Assembly (NCBI GenBank): GCA_041739995.1
Contig: JBGSMV010000016.1
Span: 1 to 64,000, forward strand
Length of the DNA: 64,000 nucleotides
Source: Bdellovibrionota bacterium
GTDB taxonomy: Bacteria; Bdellovibrionota_C; UBA2361; JBGSMV01
Direction: 5' to 3'
Every line of letters begins with the position of its first letter. The stretch's first letter is position 1. Below, one piece after another: positions 38,420 through 47,837 of this stretch. Both the position numbers and the translations under genes were made by a program. The notes under the pieces were generated by a model that saw only the letters and a program-made list of their open reading frames with translations, had not been told where the DNA came from and made no database searches.

Positions 38420-39628
38420 TCAACGGCGGGGCAGTTCTTTGGGGCTGTCGCACCTCTTCGGCGGTAGGTGGAGGCACCAAAAGGCCAGGACAGCCGTTAC
38501 AAACAAGGAAATCCACTGGTTGAAACCGTTTAGGAGCTCGAGTGATTTAAATCCGAGGCTTGGAATGGAAATATGAGGTCCTGCAATGGGGATGCAGAGC
38601 AGCAGGGTTGCCAGGTAGGAGCGACCTCGAGTCTGAGCGAAGAGGAAAATGCATGGGAGAATGGCAAAGGTGAATGAGTAGGGTTTGAGGCGCGGAAGCA
38701 AAAGAGTGACCACTATCGCGAGAAAAGCGAACTGGACGGTGCTTTCTCGGCCCCTCAGTCGGTAAATCCCAAAGGCTCCTAGTAGTGTCATTGAAATGAG
38801 CAGAAAAACTGCGCTGCTCTCGGGAGCGCCGAGGAGCTTCGAAGCTTCAAGAAGAAAGAGAAAGAGAGAGGGGTGGGTTCTGCCACTTTTCATTTCGTGA
38901 ATGGGACTATGCTGTCCCGGAATCTCGCCAAAGAGACTTAGTTGGTAAGTTTGGTAGAGCGAAGGGAAAGTGAGCAGACTGACCACTTGGAGCGCCATGG
39001 CAGGAAGTAATGATAGCGCAATGAGAGCAAGGGTCTCGCGGTGACTTTTGTGAGCGCGAGGCTCGCACAACCAGCAAAAACCAAACCAGCACAGGGGATA
39101 GGCGAGCGGCACGAGCTTAATTGCCCCCGCCATTCCAAGGCTCAAGGCCATCCATCTCATTTTTTTTGCTGCGAGACTCCAGAAGGCGAGAGTAAAGAAA
39201 AACAAATGCAGTAGTCCTATGTTTCCGGAGAGAAAATTCCATCGCGCGGCGTCAAATCCAAATAGGAGGAGCACAAGACAAGCCGGCAAAGAAAGGGAAA
39301 GCCAGCGCGTTGCTATATAGAAGGCCGCGAGCAAGCAACTCAGATAGAGGAGGAGGAAGGTCCAGGGAGATTGGGCGCATAGCAGAGAAAAAACCTTCAG
39401 GGTCGCGGGAGGGTAAGTGAATGCGTGATAGACGTGGGTGTCGGACGAAAGATACGGATTGCCGCCGGTCTCCCACGCGTATGAAGCTGCGCAATAGACG
39501 CTGATGTCATTCGCAACATTTAGATTTGAGAGTGTGTCTATCCATGGGGAGAGGCAAAGGAATATCGACACGAGTACCGCGATACGCTCAAACCAAATGG
39601 AGACGACGAGAGATTTCAGATACGTCAT
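38420..39628 (-). CDS. GT87 (DUF2029)-type membrane glycosyltransferase
   Basis: D..VY..A....G.NPY, FTYPP, GN and IKLVP motifs. Confidence 0.8.
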   Translation of the reverse strand: MTYLKSLVVSIWFERIAVLVSIFLCLSPWIDTLSNLNVANDISVYCAASYAWETGGNPYLSSDTHVYHAFTYPPATLKVFSLLCAQSPWTFLLLYLSCLLAAFYIATRWLSLSLPACLVLLLFGFDAARWNFLSGNIGLLHLFFFTLAFWSLAAKKMRWMALSLGMAGAIKLVPLAYPLCWFGFCWLCEPRAHKSHRETLALIALSLLPAMALQVVSLLTFPSLYQTYQLSLFGEIPGQHSPIHEMKSGRTHPSLFLFLLEASKLLGAPESSAVFLLISMTLLGAFGIYRLRGRESTVQFAFLAIVVTLLLPRLKPYSFTFAILPCIFLFAQTRGRSYLATLLLCIPIAGPHISIPSLGFKSLELLNGFNQWISLFVTAVLAFWCLHLPPKRCDSPKELPRR

Positions 39629-39852
39629 GTGGCTTCGACGTTTCGCTTAGAATGTATCAACCAAAGCAGAGCGATGCTCACGCGACCGCACAGCCCAGTG
39701 TCGAGGGGATGTTTATACGGCTTTGCGGCTAAAAACCATCCAAAAGTCCTTCACAGGGCTCAAGCGTCAAATGGGCGCGAGTGTGGCAAACTGAGCGCCG
39801 TTTCTAGAGTATTTTGTGGGAGTAACAGGTGAAAGAGTGCCTTGAGGTCGAC

Positions 39853-41562
39853 CTAGATTTCGATTGGAATGCCACCTGGAATTTCAGGTAGGCGCTGATT
39901 GAGGGCCTGAACAACTGTGCGAAAGATTCGACGCGCTTCGAAAGTAATCGCCCCATCGGTTCCGCAATCTGCGTAGAGAGCGACCGGTGTATCATGCGCA
40001 GCATCGATTGGCGCGACCGCGAAGGCCTTACTTCCCCAGGGCGATTCCTTGGACTGCTTGCTACCCCACGATTTAACTTTGGAGAAGCAACTCGCGAGTG
40101 GCGACAGCGGATCGTCAATAATTATGGTTTGCCCGTTACCGATATTTGGGCCACGTGCGGCGACTACCTTGGCCTTTTTTCGATCTTTAGAAACAACAAT
40201 TAGGGCAGACTTTTCGAATTTTCCCGATTTCACGAGCATGTCGAGTAATTGGGTAAGAAGCTCTTCGCCGGATTTTGCGCCGTCCAGCAGGCCAGACATG
40301 GACTGCATTATTTCCTTGCCGGCGTCAGTGAGTAGTTCTGGAGCGGCCTCCTTGGGGCGATCGGGCGCTTCTCGTGCAGGGCGCGCTTTGGCGGAGGGCG
40401 TCTTTGAGATTGCAAAGTCATCGCCCGTATTTTCGCTTTCTTTACCCACGCTGGCTAGCGTGCTGATAGCGCGAGGCTTGGCGGCGAGAGCGGGCGCTTC
40501 CACAGCATCTTCAATGACCTCTTCCTCGGCAGGTGAGCCGCGAAGTAGATTCTGAATATCATCCTGAAGAGAGTCAGCTACTTCCTCAGTCTCGGGAGCA
40601 GAAATCTCAACCCCCACTTCCTCGTGGCTCACAGTGGCCGCTACATTGAGGGAGGCTCCGTGTTTCTTTCGCTCTTCCAGCAGTCTCGCAGCAAATAAAT
40701 ATTCGGAGCAACGTTCGTAAATTTTTAAGTACTGATTGTCTGGAATTTGGAGCATGCGTAGAGAGCTCTTTGAGGAAAGCGTCTTTCCTGGGGCGAACTT
40801 TTCCCATCGGTTTGAATCAAATGCTTCGACCAGCTCTTGCGAAGCCCAAGAAAGAGGTTTGATAAGAACTCGTTCTTGAGATCGGGCCCGACCGTCGCGC
40901 TCGATAGCGAACAAAAGCGCTTCAGGAATTCCGTACTTCCTTAGATAGCTAACCCCCATTCTCTCAACATCGAAGCGGTAATCTTGGGCCAGGCGGTAGT
41001 TTAAGCCACTCTTGGAGAGCTGTTCCGCAAGCTCGACATACTTTGTGCCAAAATGAGCCACTGCCAGCATGTCGCCGATTGAGAGCAGCAATCCTGCGGC
41101 CTGGCAATCGTCAGTAAGTGTTCGTGCCAAAGCTTCACTCAAAATTCTAGCGACAATCGCGGTGCGTCGGCAGCGACTGCGATGATGCTCAAACCAGAAG
41201 GAAACCTCTTCCTCTTCCAGCGCGGGACGTTCCGACATTTTCTCGAGGGTCTCTATCACCACATCCGATCCAAGTCGGACGATAGCGGTTTTTACCGAGG
41301 TGATATTCGACTTACCACCTGCAAAGAACATCGCGTTGGAGGTGCGCAGCAGATCGAGCACAATAACTGGATCTTGAATACAGCAGGTGGCGAGGTCTTC
41401 CACTCGAATCGATTTATCCGCTGCAAGCTTGCGAGCTTCGTTCCAGACGCCTTGGTCGGGGGGGAGCATGAGCGCAAGAGCCCCACCGGTACCCTTTGGG
41501 GCATTATCCGCAGAGCCATCCCCTGTGGGGCTTGCTTGAGTGTCATTTGCGTCAGTAGACAT
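39853..41562 (-). CDS. HDOD-domain protein with C-terminal GAF-like domain
   Basis: DPVIVLDLLRTSN..F....ITSVKTAIVRLG, AGLL..IG and G..Y...GIP. Confidence 0.8.
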   Translation of the reverse strand: MSTDANDTQASPTGDGSADNAPKGTGGALALMLPPDQGVWNEARKLAADKSIRVEDLATCCIQDPVIVLDLLRTSNAMFFAGGKSNITSVKTAIVRLGSDVVIETLEKMSERPALEEEEVSFWFEHHRSRCRRTAIVARILSEALARTLTDDCQAAGLLLSIGDMLAVAHFGTKYVELAEQLSKSGLNYRLAQDYRFDVERMGVSYLRKYGIPEALLFAIERDGRARSQERVLIKPLSWASQELVEAFDSNRWEKFAPGKTLSSKSSLRMLQIPDNQYLKIYERCSEYLFAARLLEERKKHGASLNVAATVSHEEVGVEISAPETEEVADSLQDDIQNLLRGSPAEEEVIEDAVEAPALAAKPRAISTLASVGKESENTGDDFAISKTPSAKARPAREAPDRPKEAAPELLTDAGKEIMQSMSGLLDGAKSGEELLTQLLDMLVKSGKFEKSALIVVSKDRKKAKVVAARGPNIGNGQTIIIDDPLSPLASCFSKVKSWGSKQSKESPWGSKAFAVAPIDAAHDTPVALYADCGTDGAITFEARRIFRTVVQALNQRLPEIPGGIPIEI

Positions 41563-41745
41563 AGAGCTAGATTCTGAACTATTGAGCTTAAAACCGAGAG
41601 TGAGGCTTTTTTCGTACCAATGTCTTACAATCTGAGTTCGACACGTGGCGACAAAAACTTAACGCATTACGCTGCCACAAGTGTTTGATATTGTTTTAAA
41701 AGCTGGAAGTGCCTGAGAAGCTTTCGTATTTTTTTGGAGAGAGGG

Positions 41746-43137
41746 ATGGGAACAAGAATTGAACGAGATTCGATGGGGGAGATGGAGGTGCCTGAGCAGG
41801 CGCTTTTTGGTGCGTCGACCCAGAGAGCGGTACTAAATTTTCCTATCAGCGGGGCCGGTCTCCCGGCAGCTTTTGTCTCGGCACTTGGGCTCATAAAACT
41901 CGCTTCTGCACGTTCAAATACAAAACTAGCCATGCTGCCGAAGGACAGAGCAGACGCAATTGAGCGCGCTGCCGCCGAGGTCGTCAGCGGAGAGCTTTTG
42001 TCTCACTTTGTGGTCGATGTCTTTCAGACCGGTAGTGGCACGTCGACTAATATGAATGCCAACGAGGTGATTGCGAATAGAGCAAGTGAGTTACTTGGGA
42101 AGCCTCGGGGCGACCGAGAGGCAGTTCACCCCAATGACCACGTCAACATGTGCCAGTCCTCAAATGATGTGATCCCTTCGGCGATTCACGTGGCTGCACA
42201 ACTTCGACTCGAGAAGCATTTGCTGCCGGCGCTTGAAGCGCTGAAGAAAAGCTTTGACGGATGTGCACAGCGTTTTGCTTCCGTCATAAAAGCAGGGCGC
42301 ACACATCTGCAAGATGCGACTCCGATGAGCCTGGGCCAAGAATTCAGCGGATATGCGGCTCAGATAGCTCATGGGATAGCTAGAATTCGCTCCACTCAAG
42401 GCCGTTTGTGTGAGTTAGCACTCGGGGGAACCGCTGTCGGCACGGGGCTAAATACGCATCCCGAGTTTCCTTCTAAAACGATCGCAGAACTAAATAAGAT
42501 TACTGGCATGAAGTTTTCTGAGGCGGCCAATCATTTTGAAGCGCAAGGCGCTCAGGACGCCGCGGTTGAGTTGAGTGGACAGCTTCGGACTGTAGCTGTG
42601 TCAATGATGAAGATCGCGAACGACCTCCGTTGGCTTGCCTCTGGTCCGCGTTGCAACATTTTTGAGATTGAGTTGCCAGAGATTCAGCCGGGTTCCAGCA
42701 TTATGCCGGCAAAGGTCAATCCTGTTGTCTGTGAGTCAACAATGATGGTGTGCGCCCAAGTAATGGGAAATGACACCTGCGTGATGGTGTCAGGACAGCA
42801 TGGCAATTTTGAGCTTAACACCATGCTTCCAGTAATTGCTCGAAACGTGTTGGAGTCGATAGAACTTCTGGGAGCTGCCGCAAAAAATCTTAGTGAGAGA
42901 TGCGTCTCGGGAATTTCGGCAAATGAAGCGCGCTGCCTTGAGTTCGCCGAAAAAAGTCTTGCGACCTGTACCTCGCTTGCGCCGAAGATTGGGTATGATC
43001 GAGCGGCTAAGGTGGCTAAGCAGGCCTATCTTGAAGATAAGACCGTGAGGCAGGTTGCCAAGGAGATGGGCGTGCTGTCCGAAGAAGAGTTGTCCCGGGT
43101 ACTTAATTTGGTCGCTATGACCAAGCCGGGACTCTAG
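41746..43137 (+). CDS. fumC: Class II fumarate hydratase
   Basis: RIERDSMG, QTGSGTSTNMN, GRTHLQDATP and PGSSIMPAKVNP. Confidence 0.95.
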   Translation: MGTRIERDSMGEMEVPEQALFGASTQRAVLNFPISGAGLPAAFVSALGLIKLASARSNTKLAMLPKDRADAIERAAAEVVSGELLSHFVVDVFQTGSGTSTNMNANEVIANRASELLGKPRGDREAVHPNDHVNMCQSSNDVIPSAIHVAAQLRLEKHLLPALEALKKSFDGCAQRFASVIKAGRTHLQDATPMSLGQEFSGYAAQIAHGIARIRSTQGRLCELALGGTAVGTGLNTHPEFPSKTIAELNKITGMKFSEAANHFEAQGAQDAAVELSGQLRTVAVSMMKIANDLRWLASGPRCNIFEIELPEIQPGSSIMPAKVNPVVCESTMMVCAQVMGNDTCVMVSGQHGNFELNTMLPVIARNVLESIELLGAAAKNLSERCVSGISANEARCLEFAEKSLATCTSLAPKIGYDRAAKVAKQAYLEDKTVRQVAKEMGVLSEEELSRVLNLVAMTKPGL

Positions 43138-43326
43138 GTCTGAGGGAGTGCCTTGGGGCTCTGCGGCCGGGCAGAGATGAGCTGAGGATCTTGGCTTGTT
43201 TCAAGAAGTTACTCGAAGCCTCTATACTTTTGAGAAGGCGTTCTCCCTTAGTGCGCCGGGTTCGCCCGCTAGAATGCGCGTACTGAAGGCGCCGCCTGGA
43301 ACCAAGTTCTGGGCTATAATCTGATC

Positions 43327-43527
43327 ATGGGTAAATTAATCGCGCGCTGTACTGAGGTTTGCAGTGAGATTTTCCGGGTAGCTAGGCGCTATTTGAGGCA
43401 GCGGTCTCGAGCTCTGCGCATAGGGGCGCAAGACATGCTATCTTCCATCAGTATTGATCACGGCAGCGGTTTGACGCCTATTCCCGTCAGGGTTCGCAGC
43501 TCGCAAGCGTACCGTAGGCGACGGTAG
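43327..43527 (+). CDS. Small basic protein with C-terminal PIPVRVR...RRRR
   Basis: TATAAT at 43315-43320, 6 nt before ATG; ends 19 nt before the next gene. Confidence 0.5.
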   Translation: MGKLIARCTEVCSEIFRVARRYLRQRSRALRIGAQDMLSSISIDHGSGLTPIPVRVRSSQAYRRRR

Positions 43528-43546
43528 AAGAACTTGGTAGCGACAC

Positions 43547-44302
43547 ATGGCTTTTCCTCGACCCGATAACTCATCACGCGCGGTGTCCACTTCTGGACGG
43601 GAGTCGTCGCCTTCAAAGACCACCATTGTCGAACGAGACTTGGAATCCCTCTCCCCGCACCCCTTCGGCGGCTGTGAGCGCTTGCGTGGCCATTATCGGA
43701 CAATCGGTTCGGCCTTACTTCGCCTCGAACGTGAGGGCTCAGTTTTGTTTTCTTCCGGTTTGTTTTCTTCCGGTTTGTTTTCTTCTGGAATGCTTCCTCG
43801 TGGCGACTTGCGAATCGAGCGTGAGTTTCGCGAAGCGGTGACTTTCGTGCCTGCCGAAGTCCTTTCTTCTTTCTTTGACGATTTGCTCGATGCAGAAATT
43901 CCAGATGAGCGACTTTCGATCTCCCATCGCTCGTGGGCTCAACGTTTGATGACGTCTCTTCTTTCTATTTTTGGTCTTCTTTTGGCGGTCCTTTCAGGGC
44001 TGTACTTGAGCGCAATAGGAACTGCGCTTCCTGCTTCTTTTTTACTCATGGTGGTTCTAGGGACGCCATTTGCCACCATGTTGTACCTCTCAGCAGGCGG
44101 TGCCGCTCGGCGACTTCGTTTCGCTCAGGTAGTTTCTCGTGAGATTTCTAGAAGAAGAGGCGATGGCAATCAGACCAATGGAGCGAAGCCTTCAACTGCC
44201 TTTCAAGGAGCAGCTCTCCGACTTAAGGATCTTCTCTCGCCGCAACCATCTCAACCGGCGGCTCGCATTGTTATCGTTTCACCCCCAAGCCTCATTCATT
44301 AG
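43547..44302 (+). CDS. Hypothetical two-TM membrane protein
   Basis: 251-aa ORF with two hydrophobic helices and an internal LFSSG x3 repeat. Confidence 0.65.
   Translation: MAFPRPDNSSRAVSTSGRESSPSKTTIVERDLESLSPHPFGGCERLRGHYRTIGSALLRLEREGSVLFSSGLFSSGLFSSGMLPRGDLRIEREFREAVTFVPAEVLSSFFDDLLDAEIPDERLSISHRSWAQRLMTSLLSIFGLLLAVLSGLYLSAIGTALPASFLLMVVLGTPFATMLYLSAGGAARRLRFAQVVSREISRRRGDGNQTNGAKPSTAFQGAALRLKDLLSPQPSQPAARIVIVSPPSLIH
43744..43788. repeat. 15-bp in-frame tandem repeat TTTGTTTTCTTCCGG x3
   Basis: Read directly; third copy has one mismatch. Confidence 0.9.
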
Positions 44303-44369
44303 TGCGCCTATCGGGGAGACTTCTGCTGAAACTTGTATGCGGGTGAGTAGGGGCGCGCCGAGCATTCTC

Positions 44370-44413
44370 AAAAAAAAGCCCACTGTTATCTAGGGATAGA
44401 GATAACAGTGGGC
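44370..44413 (-). terminator. Rho-independent terminator
   Basis: 14-bp perfect stem GCCCACTGTTATCT/AGATAACAGTGGGC with T8 on the minus strand. Confidence 0.88.
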
Positions 44414-44462
44414 GTGCAACGTTTATCTTGTGTAGGGATAGAAACTTTTATCTCTCTTTCAT

Positions 44463-45110
44463 TTAAGCACAGACTAGCTCAAGGCTCCTCGAAGCGTCTG
44501 AAGGGCTTATGCTCTTCAGTTTTCTTGCCATAGTCTTTCTAGTCATGGCCCTTCTTGCCATAGTCCCAGGGCGAATTTTCTTTCCTCGAACTGTCTTGAC
44601 TAATCTTAAGTGCTTCTCAGGCGTTCTGTTCTTCAGAGTACTAACTGAAGCATCTCGCTCCGTATGTGGGGTTTGACGCTGCTCGGTAGTGGTATATTCA
44701 CTTTGCACGCTATTTATTTTTGAAGCAGGAGAAGCCCCAGGAGAGCCCCCAGGAGAGCCCTCAGCGGTCTTGTTGAAGTACCACGGCGCAACGCGTTGGT
44801 TCCCACGCCTGGGCATGGCGGCGATGACGCTCGAGATGTTCTTAGCGTCAAGGTCGAGTTCTTGGCAGACCCAGGCAAAGCTGAACGGAGTAAGATTTGT
44901 ATATTCGCGGTAGCTCTCCTGGAGGTTCTCGGGCGGGGTGTCGCCAAAAATCCACGTGCGCGCCTCTTGAACCTCGACTTGGTCGTTGCCGACAAAGTCT
45001 AGGATTGAACGTTCGAGAATCGCGAGCAGAAGGCGGCGCTCAGGCGTGCCTGTGAGCTTCGGCTCATCGATTAAACTGTAGGCTTCAGTGTCTATAACCG
45101 GAAAAAACAC
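44463..45110 (-). CDS. Conserved hypothetical protein with basic low-complexity tail
   Basis: PERRLLLAILERSILD...A..WI...FSFAWVCQELDLD core. Confidence 0.7.
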   Translation of the reverse strand: MFFPVIDTEAYSLIDEPKLTGTPERRLLLAILERSILDFVGNDQVEVQEARTWIFGDTPPENLQESYREYTNLTPFSFAWVCQELDLDAKNISSVIAAMPRRGNQRVAPWYFNKTAEGSPGGSPGASPASKINSVQSEYTTTEQRQTPHTERDASVSTLKNRTPEKHLRLVKTVRGKKIRPGTMARRAMTRKTMARKLKSISPSDASRSLELVCA

Positions 45111-45200
45111 AATATGTCTCCAAATAATGTTTTAAAACTCTCCCCATTTGTCCATTCTTGAGGGATTTAAAGGTGAGACGTGGCGGAGTAGGTTTCATTC

Positions 45201-45758
45201 ATGTCTTGCAAGAAATTATTCACTATTCAGGCCCATGCGAGCGTAGGTTATCGATTCCTATGCTTTTTCTTCATTCTGACGTTTTCGATATTTGGGGTGC
45301 TTTCAGCAGCGCGCGAGGCTCGGGCTCAGGTAACTTGCCGAGCGGAAGTGAGATATGAAGTGACCAGAGCAGAGCAGGAGTCCCCAGAGAAAATCGTGTT
45401 CCGTCAGGAAGAGGCACGCGGCGATTCTGAAGAATTAGTGCGAGAGGCCCTCTCGAAGAAGCTTATTCTGTCGACCCGCGACGCGATGCAGGCCTGTCGC
45501 GAACAACATGAAAATCTATCTGGGTGTGTCGCCTCAAAGTACACTTCGCTTGGCTCACTCATGCAGCAGATGCCATTTGCGGCTCGCACAAAATTGCAGG
45601 AAGCGATCGAAGTTGATTGCAAGGCGCGAATGGGCACCTGCGTCGAACCAAAGGTACCGGAAATGACGTGTGTAATTCCAACGCCGGTGACGGAAGTTGT
45701 GGTAGAAGGCGAGGCTGGCTCTGAAAAAGAGACGGCTAAAAAGCCCGGGAAAAAATAA
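45201..45758 (+). CDS. Exported Cys-containing hypothetical protein
   Basis: Signal peptide ending ARA-Q; six Cys in the mature part. Confidence 0.7.
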   Translation: MSCKKLFTIQAHASVGYRFLCFFFILTFSIFGVLSAAREARAQVTCRAEVRYEVTRAEQESPEKIVFRQEEARGDSEELVREALSKKLILSTRDAMQACREQHENLSGCVASKYTSLGSLMQQMPFAARTKLQEAIEVDCKARMGTCVEPKVPEMTCVIPTPVTEVVVEGEAGSEKETAKKPGKK

Positions 45759-45796
45759 ATTATCCTAAATCCAGCAGTAGCCCATTACCCGCGCGT

Positions 45797-46292
45797 CTAT
45801 GGATTATAGCGGCGTCGATTTTTTGACTTTATTTTCAGCAGAAATTGCCTGCACCCTGCACCCTGCACCCTGCACCCTGCACCCTGCACCCTGCACCCAA
45901 AGCCAACGCCAATGGCGATCCAAAGGGTTTGAGCCGTGAGAAGATAGTAGCGGGGAATTACCGCTTGAGTAGCTACCACCGTAGCCAATTGTCCTAGGTG
46001 GATGATTGTGGCCCCGAGACCTAGCCCTAACATCAGATCACGAGATCGTCTCCACGATCTCAAAATCAAGAACCCCATTATTAGGAATTCTATCAGGGAA
46101 CATCGCAGGAGTTGAATCCCGTGCCACAAGTGGTTGAGGTATTCTGCTGGGTGAGTCGAGATACTCTTCGGAATCGTTCCCTAGGTATCCGAGGTCCTCT
46201 TCTTTGGTGAGTAGACTCAAACTTCCGCAGATTAGAGCGGCAAAAAGGAGAGAGGCGCAAATGATAAACGCAGCAGTAGGGCGACGGGCCAT
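45797..46292 (-). pseudogene. Frameshifted/deleted remnant of a membrane (GT-C-like) gene
   Basis: One frame gives TM helix + GNDSEEYL (from ATG 46292); another gives TM helices + IPRYY; the central part is missing. Confidence 0.45.
45848..45898. repeat. Heptamer VNTR (TGCACCC)x7
   Basis: Seven perfect copies at 45850-45898. Confidence 0.97.
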
Positions 46293-46359
46293 TCCTGATC
46301 CTTGCCAAGGACGACGTCTCCTGGCTGTCCTAAACCTTTTAGTGAAATTCGGCGGGGCA

Positions 46360-47682
46360 CTAACTCGCCGAGTGCGCCGAATCGGCTGCCTGATCGGTGG
46401 TCCAAGAGCGAAGGCTCTCAAAGAGCGCAAGCGAAAAAATAGCCTCAGGCGAAGTATCAAGTGACGTGGGCGAGGGGGATTCCTTTGAGCTTGTCGACGC
46501 TTGCTCTACAGTGGAAAGTCGCACTCTAAGAAACTGGGGAACATAAGGAAAGCGCGCCCCGACAGCCAGCAGCGCCTCTTTGAGTTCCTCGGAAGTGTGA
46601 TCGGTGCGGGCATGGGTAACTTTTCGTGCGCACGTTCGAAGCTCTGAAAGAAGAAAGTGGCCATGCTGATATAGAGGTCTCAAGCCCACATGTTTCACCA
46701 TTTCTTCGGCAGAGCGTGAGCAATGTTTTTCGGCAGACTGCATCCCTAGATTTATGGCGCCCTTGACGCGTTCAGCCAGCTGCTGAACAGCCACCATATT
46801 TGAGATATCGATGTGAAAGTGTACCAATGCCGCGTTCATGATGAAGGTCACTTCAGCCTCGAGGTTATCTCGGAATCGAGGATCTTCAAGAATGCGCGCC
46901 AGCGGTTGAGGCGTAGCCGAGTCGTACACAAGCGGCTGGACTGTGGCAATATCCCTTAAGGAAACAGATTTCGGAGCACCATCAAGGAGCACTCGAATTT
47001 CCGAGGGAGAGAGCGGCGCGTGCGTTTCGAGCGCGAGGGCGGGCTCAGGAATGCCCTCTGAGGCGAGGCGTTTATTTCGCTCTGTGTAGGAATCTTCTTC
47101 CAACATTGAAGAAGTGGCGACCCCTGGAGTCGCGAGCAGTTGGTAGAACAAGTCAGCGTTGGTCTCGAACAACATCGCAAGCAATCGTCCAAACAAGAAA
47201 TGTTTAGATTCATCTTCGAACTTAAGAAAGATCCATGTGTGCCCCTGGTCGGGAGTGTAATATCCAGGGCCTGGAGGCGCGTCGGTAGATTCATCAACGG
47301 TCACTACCTCAACGTGGCGGGAGATTAGTAATCCGATCAGTTTCAGATCAATCGACTGAATCAAGCGCTGAAGGAGTAGCAGGCCCTCTTCGTCGTCTCC
47401 GAGTGCAAGCCATTCCCAGAAGTGCTCTTCGTTAAAGGAGTCCTTATTCCAGCAGTCCAGGTCAAGTAAGAGGCGAGACTGCTCCACGCTCGTCAATAGC
47501 AGGATATCAGCCGCTGAGCTAAGCCCCGCGTGGCGCACTGCCAGGTAGAGACTTTGCGCAGGAAGCGAGCGTGCGAACTCCTCTGGTCGCTCTGAATCGA
47601 AAATTGCCTTGAAAAGGCTTCGAGACGAGAAGCCGCGTTGACGAGGACTCTGAGCGACAGGAAGTGAAGTACTGGAGTTCAT
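46360..47682 (-). CDS. DUF6178-like protein
   Basis: LP...LY......G...A..+L......Q....LDLDCW.KD and EE..Y..R..RL...G+P motifs. Confidence 0.65.
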   Translation of the reverse strand: MNSSTSLPVAQSPRQRGFSSRSLFKAIFDSERPEEFARSLPAQSLYLAVRHAGLSSAADILLLTSVEQSRLLLDLDCWNKDSFNEEHFWEWLALGDDEEGLLLLQRLIQSIDLKLIGLLISRHVEVVTVDESTDAPPGPGYYTPDQGHTWIFLKFEDESKHFLFGRLLAMLFETNADLFYQLLATPGVATSSMLEEDSYTERNKRLASEGIPEPALALETHAPLSPSEIRVLLDGAPKSVSLRDIATVQPLVYDSATPQPLARILEDPRFRDNLEAEVTFIMNAALVHFHIDISNMVAVQQLAERVKGAINLGMQSAEKHCSRSAEEMVKHVGLRPLYQHGHFLLSELRTCARKVTHARTDHTSEELKEALLAVGARFPYVPQFLRVRLSTVEQASTSSKESPSPTSLDTSPEAIFSLALFESLRSWTTDQAADSAHSAS

Positions 47683-47743
47683 GGTGATCCTAAAAATGGC
47701 AAACAACAGCACTGCGTAAAGGGCAGCCAAATTCTCGGCCCCC

Positions 47744-47778
47744 GCGAGCCCGAACCTGGCGAGCCCGAACCTGGCGAG
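47744..47778. repeat. 15-bp tandem duplication GCGAGCCCGAACCTG x2.3
   Basis: Read directly, intergenic. Confidence 0.85.
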
Positions 47779-47837
47779 AGAGTCGGACGTAAAGGCCGGC
47801 TGTCCAGCATCTTTCTTATATAAGCATGACTGCGAGC

